Below are positions 44,543 through 54,328 of a stretch of DNA of 64,000 nucleotides, in pieces; position 1 is the first letter of the stretch; every line of letters starts with the position of its first letter. Under the pieces are notes generated by a model. It searched no databases. It worked only from the letters and a program-made list of their open reading frames with translations, and was not told the DNA's origin. Origin of the DNA: Nanobdellati archaeon. GTDB taxonomy: Archaea > EX4484-52 > GLR71. Made by a program: the position numbers and the translations under genes. Where the stretch lies: NCBI GenBank assembly GCA_019429125.1, contig JAHYJO010000003.1, forward strand, positions 208 to 64,207, in the 5' to 3' direction.

Positions 44543-44729
44543 CTATAATTATATTTTATATTATGAATATTATTATTCTTTTAGTCGAAACTTTTATATG
44601 TTTGTATCATTTTTTTGTTATGTGTCCTATATTTAAGGGTTGTAATATGTCGTTATAATATATTTATGTATATATTTATTAATTTAAGCAGTTATTTTAT
44701 CTTATGGGCTTTATTCGTTAACTACTGCG

Positions 44730-44990
44730 ATGTGCGAAAAATATCCCGAAAAGTCTTTAGAATCGAAAACTCTCTTGATGAAAGTTGCTGAAGTAGAATG
44801 TCATGGATGTTATACTTGTAAATTTTATGATTCTATTTCAAAGGATACATTTGTTGATGTGGACTGTTTCGAGGGTCTTTGTATTCCTTTTGGGACTGAG
44901 GAAGCATGGGTCTATTGTTCTAAGTCTCCTGATAATGATACTTCTTTGAGGATTGAATGTGAGTGTTGGCAAATTTTAGAGAAGTATTGA
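44730..44990 (+). CDS. Small Cys-rich hypothetical protein
   Basis: ORF with the CHGCYTC, CFEGLC and CECW motifs. Confidence 0.4.
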   Translation: MCEKYPEKSLESKTLLMKVAEVECHGCYTCKFYDSISKDTFVDVDCFEGLCIPFGTEEAWVYCSKSPDNDTSLRIECECWQILEKY

Positions 44991-45041
44991 TTAATTGTTT
45001 TTAGGTCATTTTATATAAGCTTTTCAACCTTATTTATTCTT

Positions 45042-45809
45042 ATGAAAGATATCAAGACGATGGATACACATTGTCATTTACAACATAATTGGTTTGATGA
45101 GGATAGGGATGCGGTTATAGCTCTTGCTAAAAAGAAAATGTATTTTATTATTGAATCCGGGGCAAATGCTGTATGGAGTCGGGGTGCTATTTCGTTGTCT
45201 GAGGAACATAAAGGTTTTATTTATGCGACCGCTGGGCTTCATCCGATTGATGCGCAAAAGTTGAGCAAGGTTGATTTTGAGGCTGAGCTTGACTGGATTC
45301 GCCAGAATAAGGACAAGATTATAGGTGTGGGTGAGGTTGGGCTTGACTATCACTGGGAGAAAGATGAAACGATGCAGGCACTTCAGAGAGAACGGTTTTC
45401 GCAATTCATAGCGCTTGCTAATGAAATCAATAAGCCAATAGTTATTCATTCTTGGGAAGGTGAGGCTGATGCTGTTGATATATTGTCGCGTGAGGCTAAG
45501 GTTACTGTTGTAATGCACTGTTTTTCTGGTAGTGTTGATGTGCTTTTAAAGGCGCTTGAGCTTGGTTATTATATTTCTTTTTCTACACAAATACTTGCAT
45601 CTAAAAATCATAGGAGACTTGCTAAAAATACACCGCTTGAGATGATGCTTCTTGAGACTGATGCGCCGTATCTTGGTCCTAACAGGGAGAAGAATATGCC
45701 GTGGAATACTTTGCTTGCTGCGAAAAAGATTGCAGTTATTAAAGATGTTACAGTTGAAGAAGTTGTCAAGGTTACATTGTCAAATGCTAAGAAAGTGTTT
45801 TGGATTTGA
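45042..45809 (+). CDS. tatD: TatD-family metal-dependent hydrolase/DNase
   Basis: DTHCHL, GLHP, GEVGLDYHW, HSW, MHCFSG, LETDAPY. Confidence 0.9.
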   Translation: MKDIKTMDTHCHLQHNWFDEDRDAVIALAKKKMYFIIESGANAVWSRGAISLSEEHKGFIYATAGLHPIDAQKLSKVDFEAELDWIRQNKDKIIGVGEVGLDYHWEKDETMQALQRERFSQFIALANEINKPIVIHSWEGEADAVDILSREAKVTVVMHCFSGSVDVLLKALELGYYISFSTQILASKNHRRLAKNTPLEMMLLETDAPYLGPNREKNMPWNTLLAAKKIAVIKDVTVEEVVKVTLSNAKKVFWI

Positions 45810-45823
45810 ATGAGTTTTAATAA

Positions 45824-46294
45824 TTAATTTTGAGTTTCTGATGTGTTTTGTGGTTGTTTTATTTTATTCATATTTTTTTCAAATTGTGCGATAAGATCTT
45901 CAAGTTTGTCATTTGTTCTTTCAAATTCTGATTTAGGTTGTATTTCTTTTTTTGGTTCGTTTTGTGTATCCTCTAGTATTGCTTGTATTATATTGTTATC
46001 ATTTATGTTTTGTATTTTGTTGGTATCTGGTGTGTTGTCTTGATTTTTGTTGACTTTTTCTGGAATCATCAGATGTTCTGGTTCTACAGTTTCTTTTTCT
46101 ATTGATTCCAGTTGTATATTGTCTGTCTGGTGGATTTTATTATCTCCAAAAGAGAAAGAGTCTGCAAGCATCTTTTCATGGTCATGTATTCTTGTGTCTG
46201 GTTGGTGTTCTATTCGCGCTTTTATCTCAAGGATTGCTAGGGATGTTGTGAATATGAAAAATGTTATAAGTGAATATGCAATTATGTCTATCAT
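45824..46294 (-). CDS. Membrane-anchored low-complexity protein
   Basis: N-terminal TM helix, then a polar Q/N/E/K-rich region. Confidence 0.45.
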   Translation of the reverse strand: MIDIIAYSLITFFIFTTSLAILEIKARIEHQPDTRIHDHEKMLADSFSFGDNKIHQTDNIQLESIEKETVEPEHLMIPEKVNKNQDNTPDTNKIQNINDNNIIQAILEDTQNEPKKEIQPKSEFERTNDKLEDLIAQFEKNMNKIKQPQNTSETQN

Positions 46295-46448
46295 AGTTAG
46301 TTATTTGTGCGATGATGTATATAAAAATGGAGGTATTTTTGTGTTTTATTATATCTTAAATGATAAATATGTAATTAATGTATATTCTCATTTTGTGATA
46401 CTTATAGTTATTAAAGCCCTTTTCAAGAAACCAGCACATTTTGATAAG

Positions 46449-47596
46449 ATGTGGTTATTTTATGTCAATTATTTTTTAGGTGGGCTTTCGTCGTTTGTAG
46501 GACCTATATTGATGATTTATTTTATATTGATTAGTTTTAATTATTTTGAAAATTCAATATTGTTTGCAGTATGGGTCGGTTAACAGTTTATTTTTGAGAT
46601 ACCTACGGGAGCTATTGCTGACATTTATGATAGGAAATTGTCAGTTTTTTTAAGTTATTTTTTAGGTGGGATATTAGCAATATTATTGGGTGTATCAAGT
46701 TTATTTTATGTTCTTTTGTTTCTTGTATTCTTGCTTGCTGGCGTATTTACATTTTCGAGCGGTACTGATAAGGCATTGTTGGTTGATTATGTCAAACAGA
46801 ATGGTCTCAATAAAAATCTTCAGAAAATAATTTCAAATATTACTAGTTATGCTTCATTCGGTGGGTTTATTACTATGTGTTTTTCGATGTATCTTATTTA
46901 TTTAAATGTCAGATATGTATGGTATGCTATGGAGGGTCTTTGTTTTATCTTTGTTTCTTTTTTTTCTTATTTTATGGTTCTGAAAATTTTGAGAGGAAAA
47001 AAGGGATTACTATATCTAATTAATTTAGGAAAACTTATGATGTATCTAAAGAAGCTATGAAGTATGTAAAAAATCATAAAGTCTTGTTATGGATATTTCT
47101 AGGAACATTTGTGGGTTCTGTAAATTTTAGTATTGGTAATTATGCGGTGCAACCGTTTCTTTTTTCGTTTGGTTTTCCCGCACATATGTTTGCACCTATA
47201 ATGATGTGTCTTGCATTTTTTGAGATATTTACATCACAGTTAAGCGGATGATTTTTGAAAGTATTGAATACTGAAAAAAAGGTTTTGGTTTTTGGTCTTA
47301 TAAGTTCTATATTATTTTATCAGTCTTTTTATTTTACGGGGTCTTTAGTTATTGCAGTATGTGTGTTTTTAGTTTTTGGAAGTCTTGATGGTATCTTTTC
47401 GCCCATAATTATAACCTATACACAGAATCATATCGCTTCAGACATTAGGGCCACATCTGGGTCTGTTCAAAGTATTTTTGGAAGTCTTGAGATGATTATC
47501 GGACTTCATATTGGTGGTTTCATATAGGAGTATCGGGGGTTTAAGGTGGCTTTTATCTCTGAGATCTTGTTTTTGTTGAATCATATTTTTATTTGA
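46449..47596 (+). pseudogene. MFS-type transporter with in-frame TAA, TGA and TAG plus a frame change
   Basis: ...AVWVG[TAA 46581]QFIFEIPTGAIADIYDRK..., a frame change at 47057, ...QLSG[TGA 47249]FLKVL..., and ...HIGGFI[TAG 47525]EYRGFKVAF... Confidence 0.7.
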
Positions 47597-47762
47597 GGAT
47601 TGATGATGGTAACGGAAAGAAAAAAGTAATAAATATGAATTTAAATAAGTCAAGATATAAAAAAGAATTAGTATAAATTTAGAATAAGATTATTTGTTTA
47701 ATTGTCTTGTTAGTTTAGAGGAACTCTATAAGATATTAAGAGATATTTATTTGGTGTATAAT

Positions 47763-47975
47763 ATGACAAAAAAATATAAGATTGTTTTTTCAAGAGATGA
47801 TTGCATCGGTTGCGGTGCATGTACCAATACATGTCCTGATAATTGGGAGATGGATGTTAGCGGGGATAAAGCAAAACCTAAAGTTCTTGATATTGATGAG
47901 ACTATGTATTCATGTAACAATGATGCAGAAGAGGTCTGTCCTGTTGGTGCCATAAAAATAGAAGAGATTAACTGA
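47763..47975 (+). CDS. Small single-cluster [4Fe-4S] ferredoxin
   Basis: CIGCGACTNTCP ... CPVGAI. ATG at 47763. Confidence 0.85.
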   Translation: MTKKYKIVFSRDDCIGCGACTNTCPDNWEMDVSGDKAKPKVLDIDETMYSCNNDAEEVCPVGAIKIEEIN

Positions 47976-48223
47976 TGGTGAATTCTATGAGTGAAAATGA
48001 TAAGACTACAGAAAAAAAGATGCATATTACAAAAGATATGCCTATAAATGATATATTTACGAAATATCCAGAAACAGTCCATGTATTTCAAGATCATGGT
48101 CTGCATTGCATAGGTTGTTTTGCTGCATCTTTTGAAACACTTGAGCAAGGTGCTGCAGCGCACGGTATGGATATTGAAAAGCTTGTCAAGGATCTAAACG
48201 CTGCTGTCAAGATAAAAGAATAA
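47975..48223 (+). CDS. DUF1858-type redox-disulfide protein (hybrid-cluster-protein-associated family)
   Basis: MPINDIFTKYPETVHVFQDHGLHCIGCFAASFETLEQGAAAHG. The start overlaps the ferredoxin stop (TGATG). Confidence 0.75.
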   Translation: MVNSMSENDKTTEKKMHITKDMPINDIFTKYPETVHVFQDHGLHCIGCFAASFETLEQGAAAHGMDIEKLVKDLNAAVKIKE

Positions 48224-48249
48224 TTAAAAAATATGAGAGAGTAAACCAA

Positions 48250-48678
48250 TCATATTTTTATGATTGTGTTTATGTTCTCAACACTTGTTTCTAAACTAGC
48301 CATCTTATCTACTGCTTGTGTAAGGAGAACTTTCCCTGAATCTCTGCTTGCTTTAAGCTGATTGATTAATTGTCTTAGTTCAGATGATTCTTGTTTTAAT
48401 ATTACAATTTGGGATTTTATCTCATTAAATTTTTTTAAGCTTACAAATAATGGTCCAATATTGGGGTTTACAGTCTTTTTTGGTATAACTGCTTCTAATG
48501 TTGGTATTGTGTTGTTTGCAGGTAGGGCGTTGTTGTATATTGTATTTGGTACCATTGTTGGAACATCTATCTTATTGAGTTCGTCTTTTATGTTTGCAAG
48601 CTGATCTTTATGTGTGTTTTCTGTTTTGTTAGGTAATTGCATATCCATAATTATCACAATTATTATTTTATTCAGCAT
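48250..48678 (-). CDS. Hypothetical protein with a C-terminal coiled coil
   Basis: ORF only. Confidence 0.45.
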   Translation of the reverse strand: MLNKIIIVIIMDMQLPNKTENTHKDQLANIKDELNKIDVPTMVPNTIYNNALPANNTIPTLEAVIPKKTVNPNIGPLFVSLKKFNEIKSQIVILKQESSELRQLINQLKASRDSGKVLLTQAVDKMASLETSVENINTIIKI

Positions 48679-48723
48679 CTATATATATACTTTTTATTGA
48701 TTTTATTTTTTTATGGTGTATTA

Positions 48724-49035
48724 TTATAAATTTTCGATGTTAATATCATTTCCTTTTATTATCTTGCAGACTTCTCTGCATTGTGGGCATCGTAAGAAAT
48801 GAATATGGCCTGGTACATCTATCTCACCTTTAAAACCACAGGCACATTGACCTGTCGCTTTAATCTCTTCAACTTCAATTTTTAGAGTTTCTAGGGGGGT
48901 ACCTTTCAGCATCTCTTTTAATGTGTTTAAAAATACATCTTTGTCGGCTTTCATACATCCTAGTAGGACTTTTATATCTCTTTTATTTTTTTCAAGTTCA
49001 TCTATTGTCTGTTGGACGGCTGAGAATTCGTGCAT
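48724..49035 (-). CDS. hypA: Hydrogenase nickel-insertion protein HypA
   Basis: MHE N-terminus and the Zn site CAC...CPQC. Confidence 0.85.
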   Translation of the reverse strand: MHEFSAVQQTIDELEKNKRDIKVLLGCMKADKDVFLNTLKEMLKGTPLETLKIEVEEIKATGQCACGFKGEIDVPGHIHFLRCPQCREVCKIIKGNDINIENL

Positions 49036-49070
49036 GATTATATTTTAAGGAGTATGTATAAATATAGGTT

Positions 49071-49535
49071 ATGGTTGGTCATGAAAATAAAAATGATATT
49101 ATTGTAGTTTGTGGAATAGGTAATTCTACCCGTGGTGATGATGCGTGCGGGCCTTATGTGGTTGAAAAGATGTCTGAAGCTGATGTAGGTGATAGGTTTT
49201 ATCTTATTGATTGTGGTGTTGCTCCTGAGAATTTCATTGGTGTGATTAAAAAGATTAATCCGGAAAAGGTTATTATTGTTGATGCAGTTGATTTTGAGAA
49301 AGTTCCAGGTACTTATGAGGTTGTGGATATTGACAGGATAAAAGGGCAGATGATGTCTACGCATAAGTTGCCAATCAGTCTATTTATTGAGTTTATACAG
49401 AAAGATATTGGCTGTGAAGTTGAATTTATTGGGATACAGCCTAAATGTCTCGGGTTCGGTGAGGATATGAGTTATGAGTGTGTTTGTGGTTGTGAGGGGA
49501 TAGTTTCTATGATTCTTGAAAGTGTTAATTTTTAG
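49071..49535 (+). CDS. [NiFe]-hydrogenase maturation endopeptidase (HycI/HyaD family)
   Basis: VVCGIGNSTRGDDACGPYV, IIVDAVDF, STHKLP. Confidence 0.85.
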   Translation: MVGHENKNDIIVVCGIGNSTRGDDACGPYVVEKMSEADVGDRFYLIDCGVAPENFIGVIKKINPEKVIIVDAVDFEKVPGTYEVVDIDRIKGQMMSTHKLPISLFIEFIQKDIGCEVEFIGIQPKCLGFGEDMSYECVCGCEGIVSMILESVNF

Positions 49536-49590
49536 ATTTTGTGTTTTTTTGCACTAGTTTTTATATTTATCGTCGTCTTAATTAATAGTT

Positions 49591-50447
49591 ATGTTATCTG
49601 ATGATATAATCATACCTAATAAAGAACGGCTTCATGTACTTAAAGATAAAATTGCTAAAGCTGGACCAGATACTTTACATGTTGTCACAGATTTCAATAG
49701 GACTCTCACTAAAGCTTATATAGATGGAAAGAAAACACCATCTCTTATATCTGTGCTTAGAAATGAAAATTATCTTTCAGTTGAATATGCGGAAAAGGCG
49801 AATGAACTTTTTGATAAATACCACCCTATGGAAATTGATCCGTTAATCTCTGAAGAAGATAAGAGAGTGGCTATGAATCAATGGTGGACAGAACATTTTA
49901 ATCTTCTTATCAAATCTCAGGTCTTAAGAAGAAAGATGTAGTGGATGCGGTTCTTTCTAGTAATGTATGTATTAGAGAAGGACTTACCGGATTCTTTGAG
50001 GTATTGCAAAAATATGATGTACCTGTAGTTATCATATCATCAAATGGTCTTGGTGGTGTTTCTATATCGTTGTATCTTGAAAAAGAGAAACTTGTCTATA
50101 AAAATATACACATAATATCTAATTCTTATATCTGGGATGATGACGGGAATGCGATTGGCGTAAAAGAACCGATAATACATGTGGCCAATAAGGATGAAAC
50201 TGCAATTAAGAAAACACCAGTTTATGATTTGATTAAGAGTAGAAAAAATGTGATACTTCTTGGTGATTCTCCTGATGATATAAAAATGGTTAGTGGTTTT
50301 AATTATGATAATATCATCAAGGTCGGTTTTTTGAATGAGAATCAGAAGAATAATTTAGAGCTGTATAAAAAAATGTTTGATATCGTAATCTTAAATGATT
50401 CTGGTATGGATGCAGTTAATAATCTTTTGAAAGATATTCTTAAATGA
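49591..50447 (+). pseudogene. Pyrimidine 5'-nucleotidase (UMPH-1/NT5C3-like HAD) with a frameshift and an altered DxDxT motif
   Basis: VVTDFNRTLT (the family has DFDxT), ...NQWWTEHFNLLIKS, a frame change near 49918, GLKKKDVVDAVLSSNVCIREG..., VVIISSNGLG, ILLGDSPDD. Confidence 0.65.
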
Positions 50448-50468
50448 TTTGAGGAGTAATTGATTGTA

Positions 50469-50792
50469 TCATTTAATTATAAAATCTTCTTTCTTGTCTG
50501 ATGCTATCTCGAATTCGTTTCCCAGCTGTAGACATTTTGTGGGGCATACATCTTGGCAACGCGCACAAAATATACACTTAGACAAATCTAACTGCCAGAA
50601 CTTTTTGTCTCTTATTACGCCTATTGTGTGTACAGGGCAGGCTTTTGCGCAAAGTCCGCAGTATATGCATTTTTCTCGGTCATATTCGTGCTTGCCTCTG
50701 AAACCTTTTGGTGTCTTTTTTTTTGTGTATGGGTATTTCTCTGTGGATGGTTTTGTTACAAGATTTTTTATGATGTCTGAAAGCATTTTCAT
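50469..50792 (-). CDS. Group-4 hydrogenase 2x[4Fe-4S] subunit (NuoI/EchF/MbhN-like)
   Basis: CIYCGLCAKACP and CIFCARCQDVCP. Confidence 0.88.
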   Translation of the reverse strand: MKMLSDIIKNLVTKPSTEKYPYTKKKTPKGFRGKHEYDREKCIYCGLCAKACPVHTIGVIRDKKFWQLDLSKCIFCARCQDVCPTKCLQLGNEFEIASDKKEDFIIK

Positions 50793-50793
50793 T

Positions 50794-51663
50794 TTAGAGC
50801 ACCCGTATCAAGTCTATTGCTACAATTAGCGCTAAAATCCAGTAGAACCTTAATGCTTGCTCAATTCTAAGCCGTGCGAAAAGCACTCTTGAGATTGTTA
50901 GTGCAAAAAGGACTGAAAGACTTTTTATTATTAGGATAAATATGTTTTGCGCACCGCCCAAGTATAATGTAATCATAAGTAAGATAAGGACAAAAGTCTT
51001 TACCATTGTTGTAAGTTCTATCAGGGCAAGTCTTTTTCCTGTAAATTCTATTGAGTATCCGTCTACAAGTTCTTGGTGCGCGTTTGGGATGTGAAATGGT
51101 GGTATCTCAACTTTTGCAAGTATGGATATGAACATAGACAGTGCGGCAAGTGGGTAATAGGCAATGAGCCAGGTATCAAATGATTGGATTGAATTTAGGT
51201 TGAATGCTAAGATTGGTACTAAGACGGATATTATAAATGGGAGTTCGTATGCAAATATCATTACTATTCCTCTTATTGAGCCAACGATTGCCAGATTATT
51301 TGATGATGCATAACCTGCTAAAAATATCGCTGCTGAGCTGAAAAGTAGGAAATATATGATTGCTATATAATCGCCAGTAAAATATATTATCTTTGTGTGG
51401 ATAGGTATCAGGAGGCCTGCGATTAGAACTGATGCGAGCGCTATGGCTGGAAACAGTGTAAATCCGGGCTTTGCTTGTTTAGGTCGTATGTTTTCTTTTC
51501 CTATTAGTTTTATGAGATCATAGAATACTTGGTATATTGGTGGACCTATCCTGCTTTGCATTCTAGCTGCAAGTTTTCGCATTATGCCGGAGTATATGAT
51601 TGATGCTATCAGAATAAAAATAATTCCAGGGTATATCAATATTTCAAATAGCATAGATGTCAT
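50794..51663 (-). CDS. Group-4 hydrogenase membrane subunit (NuoH/EchB/MbhM-like)
   Basis: RKLAARMQSRIGPP... and ~8 hydrophobic segments. It overlaps the large-subunit stop by 4 nt. Confidence 0.88.
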   Translation of the reverse strand: MTSMLFEILIYPGIIFILIASIIYSGIMRKLAARMQSRIGPPIYQVFYDLIKLIGKENIRPKQAKPGFTLFPAIALASVLIAGLLIPIHTKIIYFTGDYIAIIYFLLFSSAAIFLAGYASSNNLAIVGSIRGIVMIFAYELPFIISVLVPILAFNLNSIQSFDTWLIAYYPLAALSMFISILAKVEIPPFHIPNAHQELVDGYSIEFTGKRLALIELTTMVKTFVLILLMITLYLGGAQNIFILIIKSLSVLFALTISRVLFARLRIEQALRFYWILALIVAIDLIRVL

Positions 51664-52823
51664 CTCTTTAAGGTTTTGAGGTATGTTGCGTCAACACTTT
51701 TTGACATTCCTGTTCTTGTATTCAGTAGCGTGATTCTGTCTGTGCAGGAAAAACACGGGTCAATTGATGCGACTATTATTGGTAAGTCGGCTAGTTGTTG
51801 ACCTTTTAGCATTGCTTGCAATGAATGTATGTTTGAAAGTGTGGGGGTTCTTATCTTTATCCTGTATGGTTTGTCGGTGCCGTCTGATCTCGCATAATAA
51901 AATATCTCGCCTCTTGGTGCTTCTCCGTGAGATATGGTTTCACCTTCGGGTACGGTGTCTGGGATTTTTATTGTCAGTTCTCCTTTCTGCATGAGATGAA
52001 GGCATTGCCTTATTATTTTTGTTGATTCTAAGAGCTCTTTAAGCCTTACTACTGCTCTTGATTCTACATCGTTTGTGTTGTGGGTAATCTCTTTGAAATC
52101 TACGTTGTCATATAATAGATATGGTGCTTTTTTTCTGAGGTCGCAACTTATCCCTGAAGCTCTTGCGACAGGTCCGACAGCTGAATATTTGATTGCATCT
52201 TTTTGGGTCAAGATGCCTGTATTTTTTGTTCTTTTTGTGATTGTTGAATCTTTTACGAAAACGTTAATATAGTGATTAAGTCTTATGTCTATCTTGTCCA
52301 TAATGGTCCTTATATTTTCAGCCATATCTTTTGATATGTCTCGTCGCACGCCACCTATGGTGTTCATAGAATAGCCGACTCTCTTTCCGGATATGTTTTC
52401 GAGAAGTTCCATGACTAGTTCACGGTCGCGCCAGGACATATGGAAAACTGTATCAAAACCAATTTCGTAGCCTGCAATTCCTACCCAGAGCATGTGGGAG
52501 TGGAGTCGTTCTAGTTCGGCGACTATCATCCTTATGTATTTTGCTCGTTCTGGTATATCTACTTCTAATAGTTTCTCTATTGCGTTGCAGTATGTCAAGG
52601 TGTGTATGGAACTGCATATGCCACAGATTTTCTCTATAAGGAATTGGTCTTGTTGGTAAGTTCTTTGCTGGAGTGCTTTCTCTATACCCCTATGCATATA
52701 GCCCAAGTTTATATCTACATTGACTATTGTCTCGCCGTCAAGGTGTATTTTCAGGTATTCTGGTTCAATAAGAGCTGGGTGTTGAGGGCCTAAAGGTAAT
52801 GTGTAACATGTGTCTTCATTCAT
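51660..52823 (-). CDS. Group-4 [NiFe]-hydrogenase large subunit (NuoD/EchE/MbhL-like)
   Basis: N-terminal EKICGICS and C-terminal DPCFSCTDR Ni-Fe ligand motifs are both present. Confidence 0.92.
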   Translation of the reverse strand: MNEDTCYTLPLGPQHPALIEPEYLKIHLDGETIVNVDINLGYMHRGIEKALQQRTYQQDQFLIEKICGICSSIHTLTYCNAIEKLLEVDIPERAKYIRMIVAELERLHSHMLWVGIAGYEIGFDTVFHMSWRDRELVMELLENISGKRVGYSMNTIGGVRRDISKDMAENIRTIMDKIDIRLNHYINVFVKDSTITKRTKNTGILTQKDAIKYSAVGPVARASGISCDLRKKAPYLLYDNVDFKEITHNTNDVESRAVVRLKELLESTKIIRQCLHLMQKGELTIKIPDTVPEGETISHGEAPRGEIFYYARSDGTDKPYRIKIRTPTLSNIHSLQAMLKGQQLADLPIIVASIDPCFSCTDRITLLNTRTGMSKSVDATYLKTLKR

Positions 52824-53386
52824 ATTTTGAGCTCATCCTCCAGTTGTTTTATGAACATGTCCATGACTATTGTCTTGTTTTTTGCTAGTTTTTTGCTCTC
52901 ATCAAGAACGAGGGAACTGTAGAATTCTCTGTATTTTTTTAGTGTCTTTATGACATCTTTCATGTCTATTGCACCGAACCAGTCCCAGGAGGCGATAGAT
53001 AGTCTTGTGATACCTACGGCGCCTAAGAAATCAAGGAGGTCTGCATCATGTAATAAGACTCCTTCTGTTGTTGTTGGTTGTCCGTTAGGTAGGTGCGTGA
53101 TTATTGTTTTTGTTATAAAGGCAATCTTTTCTTTAGGGAAATTTATTTTTTTAAGAAATATTTCTGCAACTTTTGCGGATTTTTCTGCATGGGGTTCATC
53201 TTGGTCTATGTCGTGCAAGAAGCAGGCGGCATGAAGTATTTGGTCATCATAATCTGTTGAGGTTATTTTTGCTATTTTTTTTGCATTTGCATACACTCTT
53301 TCGAAATGTTCAATACCTGTAGCAAGTTCATCTTTAAGTGTGTTTTTTACGTATTGTTCAATCTTTTTTTTCATTTTCATTTTCAC
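52820..53386 (-). CDS. HD-domain phosphohydrolase embedded in the hydrogenase operon
   Basis: HFERV...AACFLHDID...THLP...LLHDADLLD. Its stop overlaps the large-subunit start (ATGA), and it lies 11 nt downstream of the NuoC-like gene. Confidence 0.8.
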   Translation of the reverse strand: MKMKMKKKIEQYVKNTLKDELATGIEHFERVYANAKKIAKITSTDYDDQILHAACFLHDIDQDEPHAEKSAKVAEIFLKKINFPKEKIAFITKTIITHLPNGQPTTTEGVLLHDADLLDFLGAVGITRLSIASWDWFGAIDMKDVIKTLKKYREFYSSLVLDESKKLAKNKTIVMDMFIKQLEDELKI

Positions 53387-53397
53387 CTTATGATTTA

Positions 53398-53781
53398 TTA
53401 GTCACGCCTTAAAGGGTATACTGGTGATTTGTCTGACAATATTAGATGTTCATTTTTTATGCCTTTTATTTTTATACCTAGCATTTCAGCAAGTTCTTTT
53501 TCAAAAAGGAGTGCGCCTGGGAATTCTTTTGTTATTGTTGTTGTTTCTGGTGTGTCTCTATTTATGTGTATCTTGAGGTTTATTGTGTTTTTACCTTCTG
53601 AAAAATGATATATGATCTCTATATCTTTTCTTGTGTCAATTCCTGTGATAGATGATATGTGGGTAATATTATTGTCTTTTAGAATCTGTAGCGCGTGTGG
53701 GATGTTTTTATGATTGGTGTTAATGAAATAATCATTTTTGTCGGTCTTGTATATGTTTCCGAGTGTTTTTAGCCATTCCAT
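53398..53781 (-). CDS. Group-4 hydrogenase NuoC/MbhK-like subunit
   Basis: ...ITGIDTRKDIEIIYHF...FPGALLFEKELAEMLGI. Confidence 0.8.
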   Translation of the reverse strand: MEWLKTLGNIYKTDKNDYFINTNHKNIPHALQILKDNNITHISSITGIDTRKDIEIIYHFSEGKNTINLKIHINRDTPETTTITKEFPGALLFEKELAEMLGIKIKGIKNEHLILSDKSPVYPLRRD

Positions 53782-53792
53782 GATTGTTCACA

Positions 53793-54284
53793 TCAATATT
53801 TTTCGTTTTCCTTTTTTTCGTCGTATTTTTCAAGTTTAGCTTTCCATAAAGTCAGACCTTTTATTACACCGTCTATTATCGCCTCAGGTCTTGGTGGGCA
53901 GCCCGGGACGTAAATGTCGACAGGTATTACTTTGTCTATTGGGCCGATTATGTTGTAACAGCCTTGATATATTCCTTTTGAGATGCCGCAGACACCGACC
54001 ACTATGACTATTTTTGGTTCTGGCATCTGGTCATATATAAGTTTAAGTCTGTCTTTCATCTTGTATGAGACTGCGCCTGTTACAAGAAGGATGTCTGAAT
54101 GGCGCGGGTTTCCTTTTTCGACTATGCCGAACCGTTCGATGTCATATTTTGGAGTAAGGCAGGCAAGTATCTCTATACCGCAACCGTTACAAGATGTTGC
54201 GTCAAAATGCATCATCCAGGGAGATTTAATTCTCGCCTTGTTTATTACTTTTGTTTTTATTTTATATATCTGTGATTTAAGCAT
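53793..54284 (-). CDS. Group-4 hydrogenase small subunit (NuoB/EchC/MbhJ-like)
   Basis: SCNGCGIE, DILLVTGAV, VVGVCG, YVPGCPPRPE. Confidence 0.9.
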   Translation of the reverse strand: MLKSQIYKIKTKVINKARIKSPWMMHFDATSCNGCGIEILACLTPKYDIERFGIVEKGNPRHSDILLVTGAVSYKMKDRLKLIYDQMPEPKIVIVVGVCGISKGIYQGCYNIIGPIDKVIPVDIYVPGCPPRPEAIIDGVIKGLTLWKAKLEKYDEKKENEKY

Positions 54285-54328
54285 AGAGCTTATTTATTTG
54301 TTGTAGAATAAATAGTTATTGTGTTTTA

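Noticed and set aside
46047-46448. 5' part of track ORF 46047..46583 as coding sequence.
   Set aside because: It overlaps the minus-strand gene 45824..46294. MFS-like sequence only begins around 46449.
50469-54284. Interpretation as a fragment of respiratory complex I (Nuo) rather than a hydrogenase.
   Set aside because: The NuoD-like subunit retains both Ni-Fe cysteine pairs (CGIC and DPCFSC). hypA and a maturation protease are nearby.
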